The notes beneath the pieces were generated by a model that saw nothing but the letters and a program-made list of their open reading frames with translations, did not search any database and was not told the DNA's origin. A DNA stretch of 61,880 bases, the filler included, from Squatina squatina (Eukaryota): assembly GCA_031763465.1 (NCBI GenBank). It is 4 parts of 3 records of this genome, joined end to end, with 100 filler letters (N's around TTAATTAATTAA, not from the genome) between each part and the next. Parts side by side here need not be neighbours in the genome. Positions count along the whole stretch, not along the records: positions 18,259 to 33,517 come from JARFOE010000192.1; positions 33,618 to 49,327 come from JARFOE010000004.1; 2 more parts are not named here. One strand, 5' to 3'. Positions 23,511 to 34,790 of this stretch are shown piece by piece. Every line of letters begins with the position of its first letter. The stretch's first letter is position 1. The position numbers and the translations under genes are program-made.

Positions 23511-24599
23511 NNNNNNNNNNNNNNNNNNNNNNNNNNNNNNNNNNNNNNNNNNNNNNNNNNNNNNNNNNNNNNNNNNNNNNNNNNNNNNNNNNNNNNNNNN
23601 NNNNNNNNNNAAAGGGGGCGCAGCTTCCACGGAAAGGGAGCGAATTCTCCCCACCCCGAAAAGTTGTATATCATTCCAATCACAAATATCGTCACGCAAA
23701 TGATGCGATCATGCATTTTGCTACAATTTATATAATCTCGTTGTGCATTTACGAAAAAAAATTCTAAAAGTCTCTTAAATTGCACATAAGTTGAGCTTGC
23801 AATCGACATGGAAACATTTTGTCATGAAAAAAACATGGATGTTTACTTTGACATTTATTTATTTTACTGTTCCCAGAATTGCTGTGCAAAGGACAAGTTT
23901 GGAAAAATGATACCGGTCTCTGAAATGGTCCATCGAATTGGCATGATGCTCGATTACGGAGGTAGCAGTTGACCAATAGGAAAGCGCTCCTCACGAGGAG
24001 TTGGGACTTGGCAGGTTTGATTGGCACGAGGTTTGCAACCTTCGTCAGACTCTCTGTCTAATAGGACCATTCACATGAAAACCTCAGTGCAGCAAGTTGC
24101 TGCTGTTTAGAAAAAAATCAATTCATCAGAATTTTAGAAATAAAGCCCTTGAACATGGTGCAGTGAGAAAAAGAATGGTGCAGTGTCAAACAAATTCTAC
24201 GTTGGAATAGTGAAGAGTTGCGATGTTCATTGCACAAGCAAAAGAAACCCTTTCAGCTTTTCTGACATTAGTAACATTGGGGAAGCGTCTTTAACTATCT
24301 GTTGGGATCCTACTAAATAGAGAATGTGGTGGTATTGGGTTGTGGGCTCATGCTGGCATTGTGCGTGTTTGTTACAGTATATTTTGTGTGTGGGTGAGTG
24401 TGTGTGTGTACGTGTGTGTGAGTGACAGTGTTTGACATTCCAAGTCATGTCAACATGGAGAAGTCGACGGCCATGCCTGCCACCGACCCGGTGCTTCGCC
24501 TGGGTGCCTCAAACTAATCGTCCATCAGTCCCATGTCGCACCACGGTAACGGCAGTCAGCGGCGCTACCCGGGCGTGACAGCATCGTAGAATACTAATC

Positions 24600-24925
24600 T
24601 ACTAGAACTCTACTCATTGGAGTTTAGAAGAATGAGAGGAGACCTTATTGAAACATATCAGGTTTTTAGGGGGCTGGACAGGGTAAATGCTGAGAGGATG
24701 TTTCCTCTCATGGGTGAGTCTAGGACCAGAGGACACAGTNNNNNNNNNNNNNNNNNNNNNNNNNNNNNNNNNNNNNNNNNNNNNNNNNNNNNNNNNNNNN
24801 NNNNNNNNNNNNNNNNNNNNNNNNNNNNNNNNNNNNNNNGGAGGCTGAATCCTTGAATATATTCAAAGCTGAGATAGATAGATTTTTAATCAGTCAGGGA
24901 ATCAAGGGTTATGGGGATAGGGCGA
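24600..24925 (+). mobile_element. CR1 LINE 3' fragment (spans gap)
   Basis: LYSLEFRRMRGDLIETYQ..RGLDRV...MFPLMGESRTRGHS and NIFKAEIDRFL. Confidence 0.85.
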
Positions 24926-26027
24926 GACTTGGTGACACTGCTGGCAGTGACTGCCTTGATGATCTGGTCCCACATCCTTCTTTCTGTTCGGCCTCCTGCC
25001 CCCCTGTGGGTTCACCCCTTGTACAAAGCTCAAATCCAAGGCCCTGTGTGCCCTTTCCCTGGCCTTTTGAGCCATTTGGGTTAGTGCTGAAACACTTTTA
25101 ACAGTTTTGACCAGCAGCAAGCATCTCACTTTTAAGAGGTGTAGACTGCCTCTAAGAGGTTAGGGTAACTTTAATAAAGCTAGCCTTGCTCGAACAATGC
25201 GAACTTCTACCTCCTGCTGATTGCACAGCCCGTCAGCAGCACGTTCAGTGCTAGGTTGTGCGCTGCAGTCATTATAATTAGCAGGCAGCATGAGGTTGAC
25301 GTGGCGCAGGCATATCGTTCATCGCAATGCCCATGCCCATTTTTCAGCAGTATCGAATTTCACCCCCAATAACTTTGGTCTTCCCAATGTTCAGCTGGAG
25401 GAAATTACAGCTTATCCACGACTGGATATAAGCCAAGTTGCCTGAGAATACAGGTGGAGGGTTCGAGAGAGGTGTTGGTGTGTCATTTGTGTACATGTGG
25501 TATTTGACACCATGCTTTCAGATGATGTTGCTGAGCGTCTAGATGTAGATGAAGAATCTGAGGGGGCTGAGGATCGGTCTTTGGGATCACTCAGAGGTAA
25601 TAGTACGGAAGTGAGAAGAAAAGCCATTACTAGAGATTCTCCTGGCTGCAATTGGATATGTGTGGAGCCAAACAAGGACAATCCCACTGAGCCAGGTAAT
25701 GGAGGAGAGGCATTGGAGGCCGCTGAGGTGCTGGACCATGCCAAATGCTCCAGTGAAGTGGGGGAGAATGGAGAGGCATAGTGCATCATGGTTATAGAGA
25801 ATATTATTTGTGACTTTGGGAGAGGTTCTGTGCAATGGCGGTGCAAAAACCTGATTGGAGAGATTTTTTTTAAAAAATTGTTCCTGGGATGTGGGCGTCG
25901 CTGGCAAGGCCAGCATTTATTGCCCANNNNNNNNNNNNNNNNNNNNNNNNNNNNNNNNNNNNNNNNNNNNNNNNNNNNNNNNNNNNNNNNNNNNNNNNNN
26001 NNNNNNNNNNNNNNNNNNNNNNNNNNC

Positions 26028-27707
26028 GAAGCAAAGGAAGCTGAAGAGATGCAGGAAACTACAGAAACTGCAAATCTGCAGGCAAATGATGGCAAACAGG
26101 TGCTCAGCAATGAGCAGACCAACCCAATCCAACAGTCGATGCTCGCCAACGCCTTGCCAAGTGAGAGTGCCAAAACTTCAGAACCAAGTCCAAAAGAGGT
26201 TTTTGGTGGGAAGCCATCAGAGCTGGACGTGCGTAGGCAGCAGTGTGATTCTGGTCGTGCCCCAGACGAGCATTCCAGCACCCAACCCAATGTGAGGCCA
26301 AAACTAGAACTTCAGCTGAGCAAAAAGGTCCAAGATGCCCTTAACAAAATGTCCCAATTCACATCAAAGGAAACCAAACCACCGCTCTCGGAGAAAATTG
26401 AAAAGCTGCCTCCGGAAAAATCCGGAAAGATCATTAATTTTCCATCTGTGCCACAAGGCTCCCAACCCTCTCCTCAACCATGTCCCCAACCTTCTGCCCA
26501 GCCAGGCTCCCAACCCTCTCCTCAACCATGTCCCCAACCTTCTACCCAGCCAGGCTCCCAACACTCTCCTCAACCATGTCCCCAACCTTCTACCCAGCCA
26601 AGATCCCAACACTCTCCTCAACTAGGTCCCCAGCCAGGCTCCCAACCCTCTCCTCAACTCGGTCCCCAGCCAGGCTCCCAACCCTCTCCTCAACTAGGTC
26701 CCAATCCCCCTCAGCTGAGTGCCAGGTCTTTTTCTCAGCCAATGCCCCAACCTTCTCAACCGTCTGCTCAAAATAATGCTACCAATACCAGAGAGCTTCT
26801 GAGACGCTACTCAGGATCCACCGAAACTCACAACTCTTCCACCTCCATATTGGAGGAGATCAAGAGCAAGTCAGCAAAAGTTAAGCTGCATTCATCTGCC
26901 CTGTGCCTGGACACAAGTGGCAGTAAAGAGGACACAGCAGGAGGGGAATCTGGAGTTTTGAATTTGATCACACCGAGTCCTTCAAAATGGATAAGTTTTC
27001 TCAACCTTTCTAGTGATACAAAATCGAAAGAAATGGCCAGCAACACAGTGCCTGGACAACCTGCCCCAGAGAATGCAAAGAATCCAGAGACAACACCAAA
27101 AAGTGGCCATAGTGAGGCAATGACTTCCAGCTCCAAGAAAGAGGAGAAACCAAATAGGTCTCCAACCACCCCCACTGCACCCAAAAGTGCACAAATTGTC
27201 CAAGGGAGCAGGCATTCCACATCTACCTCCAGCGTCCTGTACAGCAGCAACCTTCGAGATGACACTAAGGTCATCCTGGAGCAAATCTCGGCCAACAGTC
27301 AGAAAAACCGAGCCGAGAACGCCAAAGTGCAGCATCCCACCGCCAACGAGGCTGATGGCTCCGCAAGCTCAACAGAGCACAAGGCTACCCCTGAGTCCGA
27401 TAAAACCGACTCGAATAAGAAGCAGCGGTCTGGGATCTCGTCGAGCTTTGAAAGCCTGCTTAAAAACGGAGGCACAGCGCAGCCCTCACCTGATCAGACA
27501 GACCCTCTCATCAGGAAGATGGACAGCTTTCGAAGGGAGCGGCGAGCATACAGTAGGTTCGAAGTCTTCTATAAGAAGGATGACACTTTGAAAACGGAGG
27601 AGCAACAAAGTGATGGAGCCCAAGATTCCAAGGACATGGATGGCGGAGACAAGAAGAAATCGGCCAAACTTATTCCCAAGTTTTTTGGGACGTGGAGGAG
27701 GTTTTAA
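26028..27707 (+). CDS. FAM83H: FAM83H terminal exon, 3' part (560 codons incl. stop; 5' part in gap)
   Basis: Open frame with the FAM83H C-terminal signatures SSVLYSSNLRDDTKVILEQISA, RKMDSFRRERRAYSRFEVF and KLIPKFFGT; stop at 27705-27707; next to SCRIB as in human. Confidence 0.92.
   Translation, partial: EAKEAEEMQETTETANLQANDGKQVLSNEQTNPIQQSMLANALPSESAKTSEPSPKEVFGGKPSELDVRRQQCDSGRAPDEHSSTQPNVRPKLELQLSKKVQDALNKMSQFTSKETKPPLSEKIEKLPPEKSGKIINFPSVPQGSQPSPQPCPQPSAQPGSQPSPQPCPQPSTQPGSQHSPQPCPQPSTQPRSQHSPQLGPQPGSQPSPQLGPQPGSQPSPQLGPNPPQLSARSFSQPMPQPSQPSAQNNATNTRELLRRYSGSTETHNSSTSILEEIKSKSAKVKLHSSALCLDTSGSKEDTAGGESGVLNLITPSPSKWISFLNLSSDTKSKEMASNTVPGQPAPENAKNPETTPKSGHSEAMTSSSKKEEKPNRSPTTPTAPKSAQIVQGSRHSTSTSSVLYSSNLRDDTKVILEQISANSQKNRAENAKVQHPTANEADGSASSTEHKATPESDKTDSNKKQRSGISSSFESLLKNGGTAQPSPDQTDPLIRKMDSFRRERRAYSRFEVFYKKDDTLKTEEQQSDGAQDSKDMDGGDKKKSAKLIPKFFGTWRRF
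26457..26703 (+). repeat. Coding tandem repeat in FAM83H (3x48 bp, then 3x36 bp)
   Basis: GSQPSPQPCPQPS(A/T)QP-like x3, then GSQPSPQLGPQP-like x3; frame preserved. Confidence 0.9.
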
Positions 27708-28309
27708 TGCTGCCTGTGACTGACCAAACTATGTGAAGCTAAACCATCAGCACCTGTACTGCTTGTTGCTGGGTGTTGATCTTNNNNNNNNNNNNNNNNN
27801 NNNNNNNNNNNNNNNNNNNNNNNNNNNNNNNNNNNNNNNNNNNNNNNNNNNNNNNNNNNNNNNNNNNNNNNNNNNNNNNNNNNCCTACAGATCCCACTTA
27901 TGCTGTCTGCTTTAATCAACTTAACATGGTAACAATTGCCTTAATCTGGTAATCTACTTGATGCTCATAGAGATTTAACCATATACGGATCTGGTTCCTT
28001 TTTCCTAAGGGCACATAAGAACACATTGGCCCACCTATTTCTGAGGTGATGGTTTCTGGTGTTGCGCTAAGATGTCTGTGATTTTTGATTCGATTTTGTA
28101 ATTCAGCAATACCCTAGCTCCTTATTTAACTCCTCAATCAACATGCAATACTGGCAAACAGATCTGGAAGGGTCTCCATTTAATAAATTTCAAATTCAAT
28201 TCTATTTCTAAACATTAACAAATCTCAGCCAAAAATCAATAGATGTGTGCCACCTGAGCACCTCCGCATTGGTACAGGGGTCTAGAGACTGGGCAGACCA
28301 ACAGGAGGT

Positions 28310-28804
28310 TTAGGTTGAGTGGACACACAGCGTCACTCCACTATAGGTTTCCCAGAAATGACAATTCTTGGGAAAGTTCTTGTGATTCCACAGGTCTTTG
28401 TAGCGTCTCACCGTGTGCACAACATGCCCAGAGGGAAGGTTCTTGTACACATGTTCAGCAACTTCTCTTGCATTGTCCCAGCCATCCTTCCCATCCATCA
28501 ACTGCCTGATGTGCTCTTCATCCAGTGGAATCTTAGGGTCAATGGCGTAGGAGACAACAACATTAACACCACTGAGCCTGAAAAAGTGAAACCGATTCGG
28601 ACCAATTACACAGTGATTGTCAAACCCAGACACAGGATCATAGACCCGCACAGACCATTTAACCCAGTCATATTTGCCTGCTAAAGACTCAATTATATAG
28701 GTTGCACACCCCTTGTTATCTTTCTCCCCCTTGCTTTTTATGAGGCGCTCAACATCTATTTCTGCCTGCTGTCCAAACTCATTTATGCACCGATCTATCA
28801 TGGA
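28310..28804 (-). CDS. Rapunzel-family protein, C-terminal 164 aa (5' part lost in gap)
   Basis: Intact frame IDRCINEFGQQAEIDVERLI...KYDWVKWSVRVY...HC..G..RF...NVVVSY..DP...VVHTV...HFWE......LCVHST*. Motif order matches fish rapunzel-like proteins as recalled. Confidence 0.75.
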   Translation of the reverse strand, partial: SMIDRCINEFGQQAEIDVERLIKSKGEKDNKGCATYIIESLAGKYDWVKWSVRVYDPVSGFDNHCVIGPNRFHFFRLSGVNVVVSYAIDPKIPLDEEHIRQLMDGKDGWDNAREVAEHVYKNLPSGHVVHTVRRYKDLWNHKNFPKNCHFWETYSGVTLCVHST

Positions 28805-28904
28805 NNNNNNNNNNNNNNNNNNNNNNNNNNNNNNNNNNNNNNNNNNNNNNNNNNNNNNNNNNNNNNNNNNNNNNNNNNNNNNNNNNNNNNNNNNNNNNNN
28901 NNNN

Positions 28905-31046
28905 AGGCAGATAGACACACAGATAGACACACAGGCAGAAAGACACAGAGATAGACACACAGACAGGCACACAGATAGACACAGGAAGATAGACACACAG
29001 ATAGACACACAGACAGGCACACAGCTAGACGGAGAGAGACACACACAGACAAACACACAGATAGACACACAGACAGACACACAGATAGACACACAGACAG
29101 TCGCAGAGTGAGACACACAGCTAGACACACAGATAGACACACTGGCAGTTAGACACACAGATAGAAGCACGGATAGACACACAGACAGGCACACAGATAG
29201 ACACAGGCAGATAGACACACAGATAGACACACAGACAGGCACCCAGAGAGACACACGGACAGACTCAGGCAGATAGACACACAGATAGACACACAGGCAG
29301 AAAGACACAGAGATAGACACACAGACAGGCACACAGATAGACATAGGCAGATAGACACACAGATGGACACACAGACAGGCACACAGAGAGAGACATAGAC
29401 ATACACAGGCATATAGACACACAGATAGAAACACCGGTAAACAGACACACAATTCGACACACAGATAGACTCACAGGCAGTTAGACACACAGATAGAACA
29501 CAGCTAGACACACAGACAGGCACACAGATAGACATAGGCAGATAGACACACAGACCGGCAGACAGAGAGACACACAGACGGACACAGGCAGATAGACACA
29601 CAGATAGACTCAGCGATAGACACGCAGTAGACACAGGCAGATAGACGCACAGATAGAAACACAGATAGACACACAGACAGGCACACAGATAGACACAGGC
29701 AGATAGACACACAGATAGACACACAGACAGGCAGACAGAGAGACACACAGACAGACACAGGCAGATAGACACACAGATAGAATCAGAGATAGACACGCAG
29801 ACAGGCACACAGATCGAGACACCGATAGGCTCACAGGCAGATAGGCACACAGATAGACACAGGCAGATAGACACACAGATAGACACACAGACAGGCACGC
29901 GGATAGACACAGGCAGATAGACACACAGATAGAAACACAGATAGACACACAGACAGGCACACAGATAGACACAGGCAGATAGACACACAGATAGTCACAT
30001 AGACAGGCAGACAGAGAGGCACACAGACAGACACAGGCAGATAGACACACAGATAGACAAACAGGCAGATAGACACAGAGATAGACACACAGACAAGCAC
30101 ACAGATAGAGACACAGATAGACACACAGGCAGATAGACACACAGACAGGCACATAGATAGACAGAGAGTGACACACACAGACAAACACACAGATAAACAC
30201 ACAAATAGACACACAGACAGACACGCAGATAGACAGAGAGAGACACACACAGATGGGCACACAGATAGACACACAGAGACAAACAGATAGACACACAGAC
30301 AGACACACTGACACACACACAGATAGACACACAGACAGACACTCAGATAGACACACAGATAGACACAGAGACAGTCACAGAGATAGACACACAGCTAGAC
30401 ACACAGACAGACAGACACACACAAATACAAACAGAGAGAGAGACACACAAACAGACACATAGACAGACACAGAGAGACACACAGACACACAGACAAACAC
30501 AGAGAGTGACACACACAGACAGACACAGTCAGCCACGCAGACAGACACACAAATAGACAGACAGACTGACACACACACATACAGACACATAAAGAGACAT
30601 ACAACCAGACACAGAGACAGACACAGACATCACACAGATAGACACACATACAGACATACAGAGAGACACACAGATAGACACNNNNNNNNNNNNNNNNNNN
30701 NNNNNNNNNNNNNNNNNNNNNNNNNNNNNNNNNNNNNNNNNNNNNNNNNNNNNNNNNNNNNNNNNNNNNNNNNNNNNNNNNNNNNNNNNNNNNNNNNNNN
30801 NNNNNNNNNNNNNNNNNNNNNNNNNNNNNNNNNNNNNNNNNNNNNNNNNNNGACAAGCAGACAGACACTCAGATAGACACACAGATAGACACACAGACAA
30901 ACACACAGATAGACACATAAATAGACACACAGACAGACACGCAGAGAGACACAGAGAGAGGCACACAGCTAGACACACAGATAGAGACACAGGCAGTTAG
31001 ACACACAGATAGAAGCACAGATAGACACACAGACAGGCACACAGAT
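28905..31046. repeat. Degenerate ACACACAGATAG/ACACACAGACAG low-complexity array (spans gaps)
   Basis: About 2 kb of 10-12-nt CA/GA-rich units; accounts for the many VCLS ORFs. Confidence 0.95.
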
Positions 31047-31146
31047 NNNNNNNNNNNNNNNNNNNNNNNNNNNNNNNNNNNNNNNNNNNNNNNNNNNNNN
31101 NNNNNNNNNNNNNNNNNNNNNNNNNNNNNNNNNNNNNNNNNNNNNN

Positions 31147-31251
31147 GTGCAGTATAGGGATCAGGAAGATGTCATCTTGAACTTGGACCAGCACTCTGAT
31201 TGATGGAGGCACCACTGGATGGACAGGTTGTGCAAACTGTTGCGCTGAACT
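31147..31251 (-). CDS. TONSL: Tonsoku-like exon, start of ubiquitin-like domain (cut by gap)
   Basis: tctctccAG acceptor; SSAQQFAQPVHPVVPPSIRVLVQVQDDIFLIPILH (human [21 protein letters not shown]). Confidence 0.88.
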
Positions 31252-31429
31252 CTGGAGAGAGACAGGGGTTCGAAGGATTACTGACCAGAGACCTGTTAAT
31301 TACCGAGTAACTAAAGACAGGGAATGGAAGGATTACTGACTGGCTGAGAAACATGCATCGTGGCGAGAGTCAGCGACGTCAGGAGAGGAGANNNNNNNNN
31401 NCTAGAGGAGGTACAGCTGCATACTTTAC

Positions 31430-31808
31430 CAATGAATTGGAAGGTGCCGCTGGGACGTTGGTTGTGTGGATGACCTCAGACGTGCTGGGGACGGTCCTCT
31501 CGTTGCTCATGCTGCTCCTTGTCCTCCCGACGACAGCCCTGTCCACTATCTGGGTCATGCGCATCTGCCTCGACCTCTTCTTCTGCAGGGCGAGCCTCCC
31601 GCTGGACCCGGGCACCAGAGGCAGCACGTCCGAACCCAGAGAGACTTCGTCTTCACTGCTGTGCCCCAGCTCCTCTGGGTCCGTGGCACCGCCCGCCCAG
31701 CAGTACTCCCGTGGTCTCTTCTTGGGACGGCTGCTGGCCAGGTCATCCTCCAGCCAATCCTCCTCCACGTACTCGCTATCGGGAATCAGCGCCGACTTTC
31801 TCGCAGAC
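31430..31808 (-). CDS. TONSL: Tonsoku-like central exon, 3' part
   Basis: SARKSALIPDSEYVEEDWLEDDL...RQMRMTQ...SNSL|GTaaag; the phase-0 donor matches the next exon; ALIP..E...DWLE.D is a TONSL motif. Confidence 0.82.
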
Positions 31809-32359
31809 NNNNNNNNNNNNNNNNNNNNNNNNNNNNNNNNNNNNNNNNNNNNNNNNNNNNNNNNNNNNNNNNNNNNNNNNNNNNNNNNNNNNNNNNNNNN
31901 NNNNNNNNGTACTGAGTTGGATGATCAGCCATGATCATATTGAATGGCGGTGCAGGCTCGAAGGGCCTACTCCTGCACCTATTTTTCTATCTCACTCAAG
32001 GTAGCAGTGCAGGGACTATAAATGAGCCTCACCAGCACTAGGCTTGGTTAGAAGGGAGTAAGTTAGCTAAGGCTCCTGATCATCTGGAAAGCAGAGGGAA
32101 GACTATGCTCAGTGTGAAGCCCTCCACTTCCTGGGAGGAATTGAGTTTGGACAATAGTGTAAAACAGCTGATATTGGATTAGCTGTGCATTATCCATCTC
32201 TCCCAATTTGATGACAATACATTCATAGTATGGAAATTACCCCTCCTCTTTCAACAACCATAGAAGACCAGGAGAACTTTGTCCTTTCAATGCCAGTTAT
32301 CTAACCTTCTGTGAAATTTACAAATACCCACTTTATTTAACAGCATGGTGCAGACAAAC

Positions 32360-32488
32360 CTGGCCTCCTCGATGGCTTCGGCTTCTTCTTCATCCTCATC
32401 CTCATCGTCTAGACTGAGGAGGTCTTCATCTTCCAGATCCATGTCAAAGTTGTTGCTGATCTCAGTGCCCTGACTGTACAAGTACCCA
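32360..32488 (-). CDS. MAF1: MAF1 acidic-tail exon
   Basis: ttgcAG|t...ag|GTttgt, 129 nt; (S)GYLYSQGTEISNNFDMDLEDEDLLSLDDEDEDEEEAEAIEEA(R), in phase with the upstream MAF1 exon. Confidence 0.82.
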
Positions 32489-33282
32489 CTGCAAATCAAG
32501 GAGACAAACTTAGAGGGTGCAAGAGTGTGTTCTCTGCATCTCTAAAAGCCCCAGGGAGTTCTCTCCAGGATTACACTTTCATCTAGCACCAGCTTGAATT
32601 TAACAAAGTGAACTTCTCAACCAGGTTAGACCAGTAATCCTGCTCCCCCCCTCCAATTCTCATCTCTTCAGCCCCTGCAGTGCTCAGAACAGGTCAAGCA
32701 GGTAACTTGCCAGAGGGAACAGGGTGGCACAAGACTGGCCTGAGGCACTTCACTCTCCCTTCTTCCAATCTCATTTGTCACCCGAGTACAGGGATGCCCA
32801 AGCTTTTGTAGCAGAAGGCCATGCATGTGATCTTAAAAATGCAAGACCCTGCTCCTACACCGAAAACAAGATCTAAAATGTGTGCGCACACGAGTGTAAA
32901 GTATATAATGCCAAGCCTTTTCTGCAGACTCCATTCTGTCCCCAAGCCCACCCAAACAATAGGTTCAGCAAGTTTCTGGCCTGGAGGACTGATGATCTGA
33001 TCAGATCAGAGAGCAGCCTTTCAGACTCAGCAAGTTTAAATAGGTGAAGCTTTCAAGTCTGATTTGCACAAAAGCAGAGGATAAAAGAATGGGCAGTCTG
33101 CACAGGTGTTGAGTTGCAGGGTGATCTTGGACATCCTGCCCCTTCTAGAGCCCCTACAGTGCTTGCATCACATCAGTTATGCTCAAGTGATTTCCACTCA
33201 TACAATTCTGCCTCTTTCCACCTTGCCTCACCTCAGACATGGAACAGGTAACTGGACAGTGCATTAAAAAGGTAATTCTCAC

Positions 33283-33402
33283 CTGACCGAGCGACATGTG
33301 AAGAACACGATCCTTTTCAGTCTCTTATTATAGAAGAAATAGTTAAACGACCAGAGGCTGCCCTCCTCACCATATGGGTCAGAGTCCAGGTCAGGATTGT
33401 AG
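33283..33402 (-). CDS. MAF1: MAF1 box-C exon (RNA Pol III repressor)
   Basis: tttccAG|...|GTgaga, 120 nt; [39 protein letters not shown]. Confidence 0.95.
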
Positions 33403-33517
33403 CTGGAAAGAAACAATTCCGCACATAATTAACATCTTTCAATAAACCTCTCTCCACTCTCTCCCTTTCATAAAACCATGTTAACTCTGCTTGATTGTAT
33501 TATGAGTTTCTAAATGT

Positions 33518-33617
33518 NNNNNNNNNNNNNNNNNNNNNNNNNNNNNNNNNNNNNNNNNNNNTTAATTAATTAANNNNNNNNNNNNNNNNNNNNNNNNNNN
33601 NNNNNNNNNNNNNNNNN
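33518..33617. other. Artificial scaffold linker
   Basis: 44 N + TTAATTAATTAA (33562-33573) + 44 N. Confidence 0.95.
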
Positions 33618-33916
33618 GTTCCTCAACTATCTAAGTCTTGGAGTGTGTGATTTATGTCTGGCTCTTCTATGTTACCCTACGTAATATAACATTCTCTTTT
33701 AGATTAATTCCAATTACTTTGAACAGCCGATCTTCTCGCCAATTGAGGCGGGGCTATTGACACAAAGGGACACTGCAATGAATTACATCGAAGCCCTCTT
33801 GAAATTCAGAGCCAACGGCAGGGATACATATATGGTCCTCAGGGTTCAGGTTGGGGCTCTGTGCCATTGGCGGAATATATGTCATTCGAAGAGGGTTTGA
33901 AGAGGTGAAGGCTTAC

Positions 33917-33981
33917 CCCATCAGGAGGAGACGAGATCCACTCCAGCTCTGTCTGCTGTGCTTTGGAATCCAGCAAAATAA
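33917..33981 (-). CDS. EPHA7: Ephrin type-A receptor 7 exon 2
   Basis: tctctggcAG|...|GTaagc, 65 nt; (V)ILLDSKAQQTELEWISSPPDG (human VLLLDSKAQQTELEWISSPPNG). Confidence 0.9.
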
Positions 33982-34339
33982 CTGCCAGAGAGAAAACAAA
34001 TCAAACGAAAAGATTGAGACTGCAGTCACCTACTTACATAAACACAATGCAGGTTTATTTTGGATCAACTTGTAACCGAATGTCTTCAATCTGATATACA
34101 CCCAGAGCCTAGAAAAAAGAACACTATTTACCCAAGCGATGCGCAGCCCACCAATTAAAGTTATTTTAGTTCCAACAAAGACAATTTAAACTATTATTTC
34201 CAAAATTGGTAGCGTTTGATTTCAAAATTGAGTCTGTAAAATTGCATTCGATGCGTCGTTTTTTTTTTGAACATTAGAAAGTACCGCTCCTATCTCCGTT
34301 CAGTCTACTATTAATAACCAATTTGAACAATCACCACTC

Positions 34340-34790
34340 TAATGAAGTAAAGATGTAAATTCGCGGCGTCTGTTCTCCAGACAGCGAAGTGTCCCATATT
34401 GCGGTGCCTGGCTGTCTGATCCCGAGAGAAGACAAATTCATCATCGCCGCGACAGTGTGCGTGTTTGGGCATCCGGATTTATTTACAGCAACCGGGGTGG
34501 GAGAAGTCACAGCCACTGGTTTCAAGGGAGACCGCTCGCGGGCTAAACTTTCCTCTCATTGATTAGAATTCACTCTCAATTCTTCTTCTGGGAAGAGGGC
34601 TTTGGAGGACGATTAGACGCGGCCGTTCAGGTCGGATCGAAGTGGAATCCGATTCTGGCGTCTGGCACCAGTTGTCCGAGCCGCGTCTTTCCACGGGCAT
34701 TCTCCACTGAAATACATTTCACAGACCGCACGGCACAAGACATTTTAAACCGTCTCTGAACGAACTTTTAAAATAACTAGCGCCTTTCCG
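34340..34790. promoter_or_regulatory. CpG-enriched region in probable EPHA7 intron 1
   Basis: Many CpGs in non-repeat sequence just 5' of exon 2, against a CpG-poor background. Confidence 0.45.

Noticed and set aside
25788-26027. N-terminus of the 639-aa ORF
   Set aside because: Antisense LINE/SINE sequence fused to FAM83H by read-through of an N gap.
28905-31046. Many long Cys/Val/Leu/Ser-rich ORFs, including the N-terminus of ORF 28310-29452
   Set aside because: Translations of a CA/GA low-complexity array read through N gaps.
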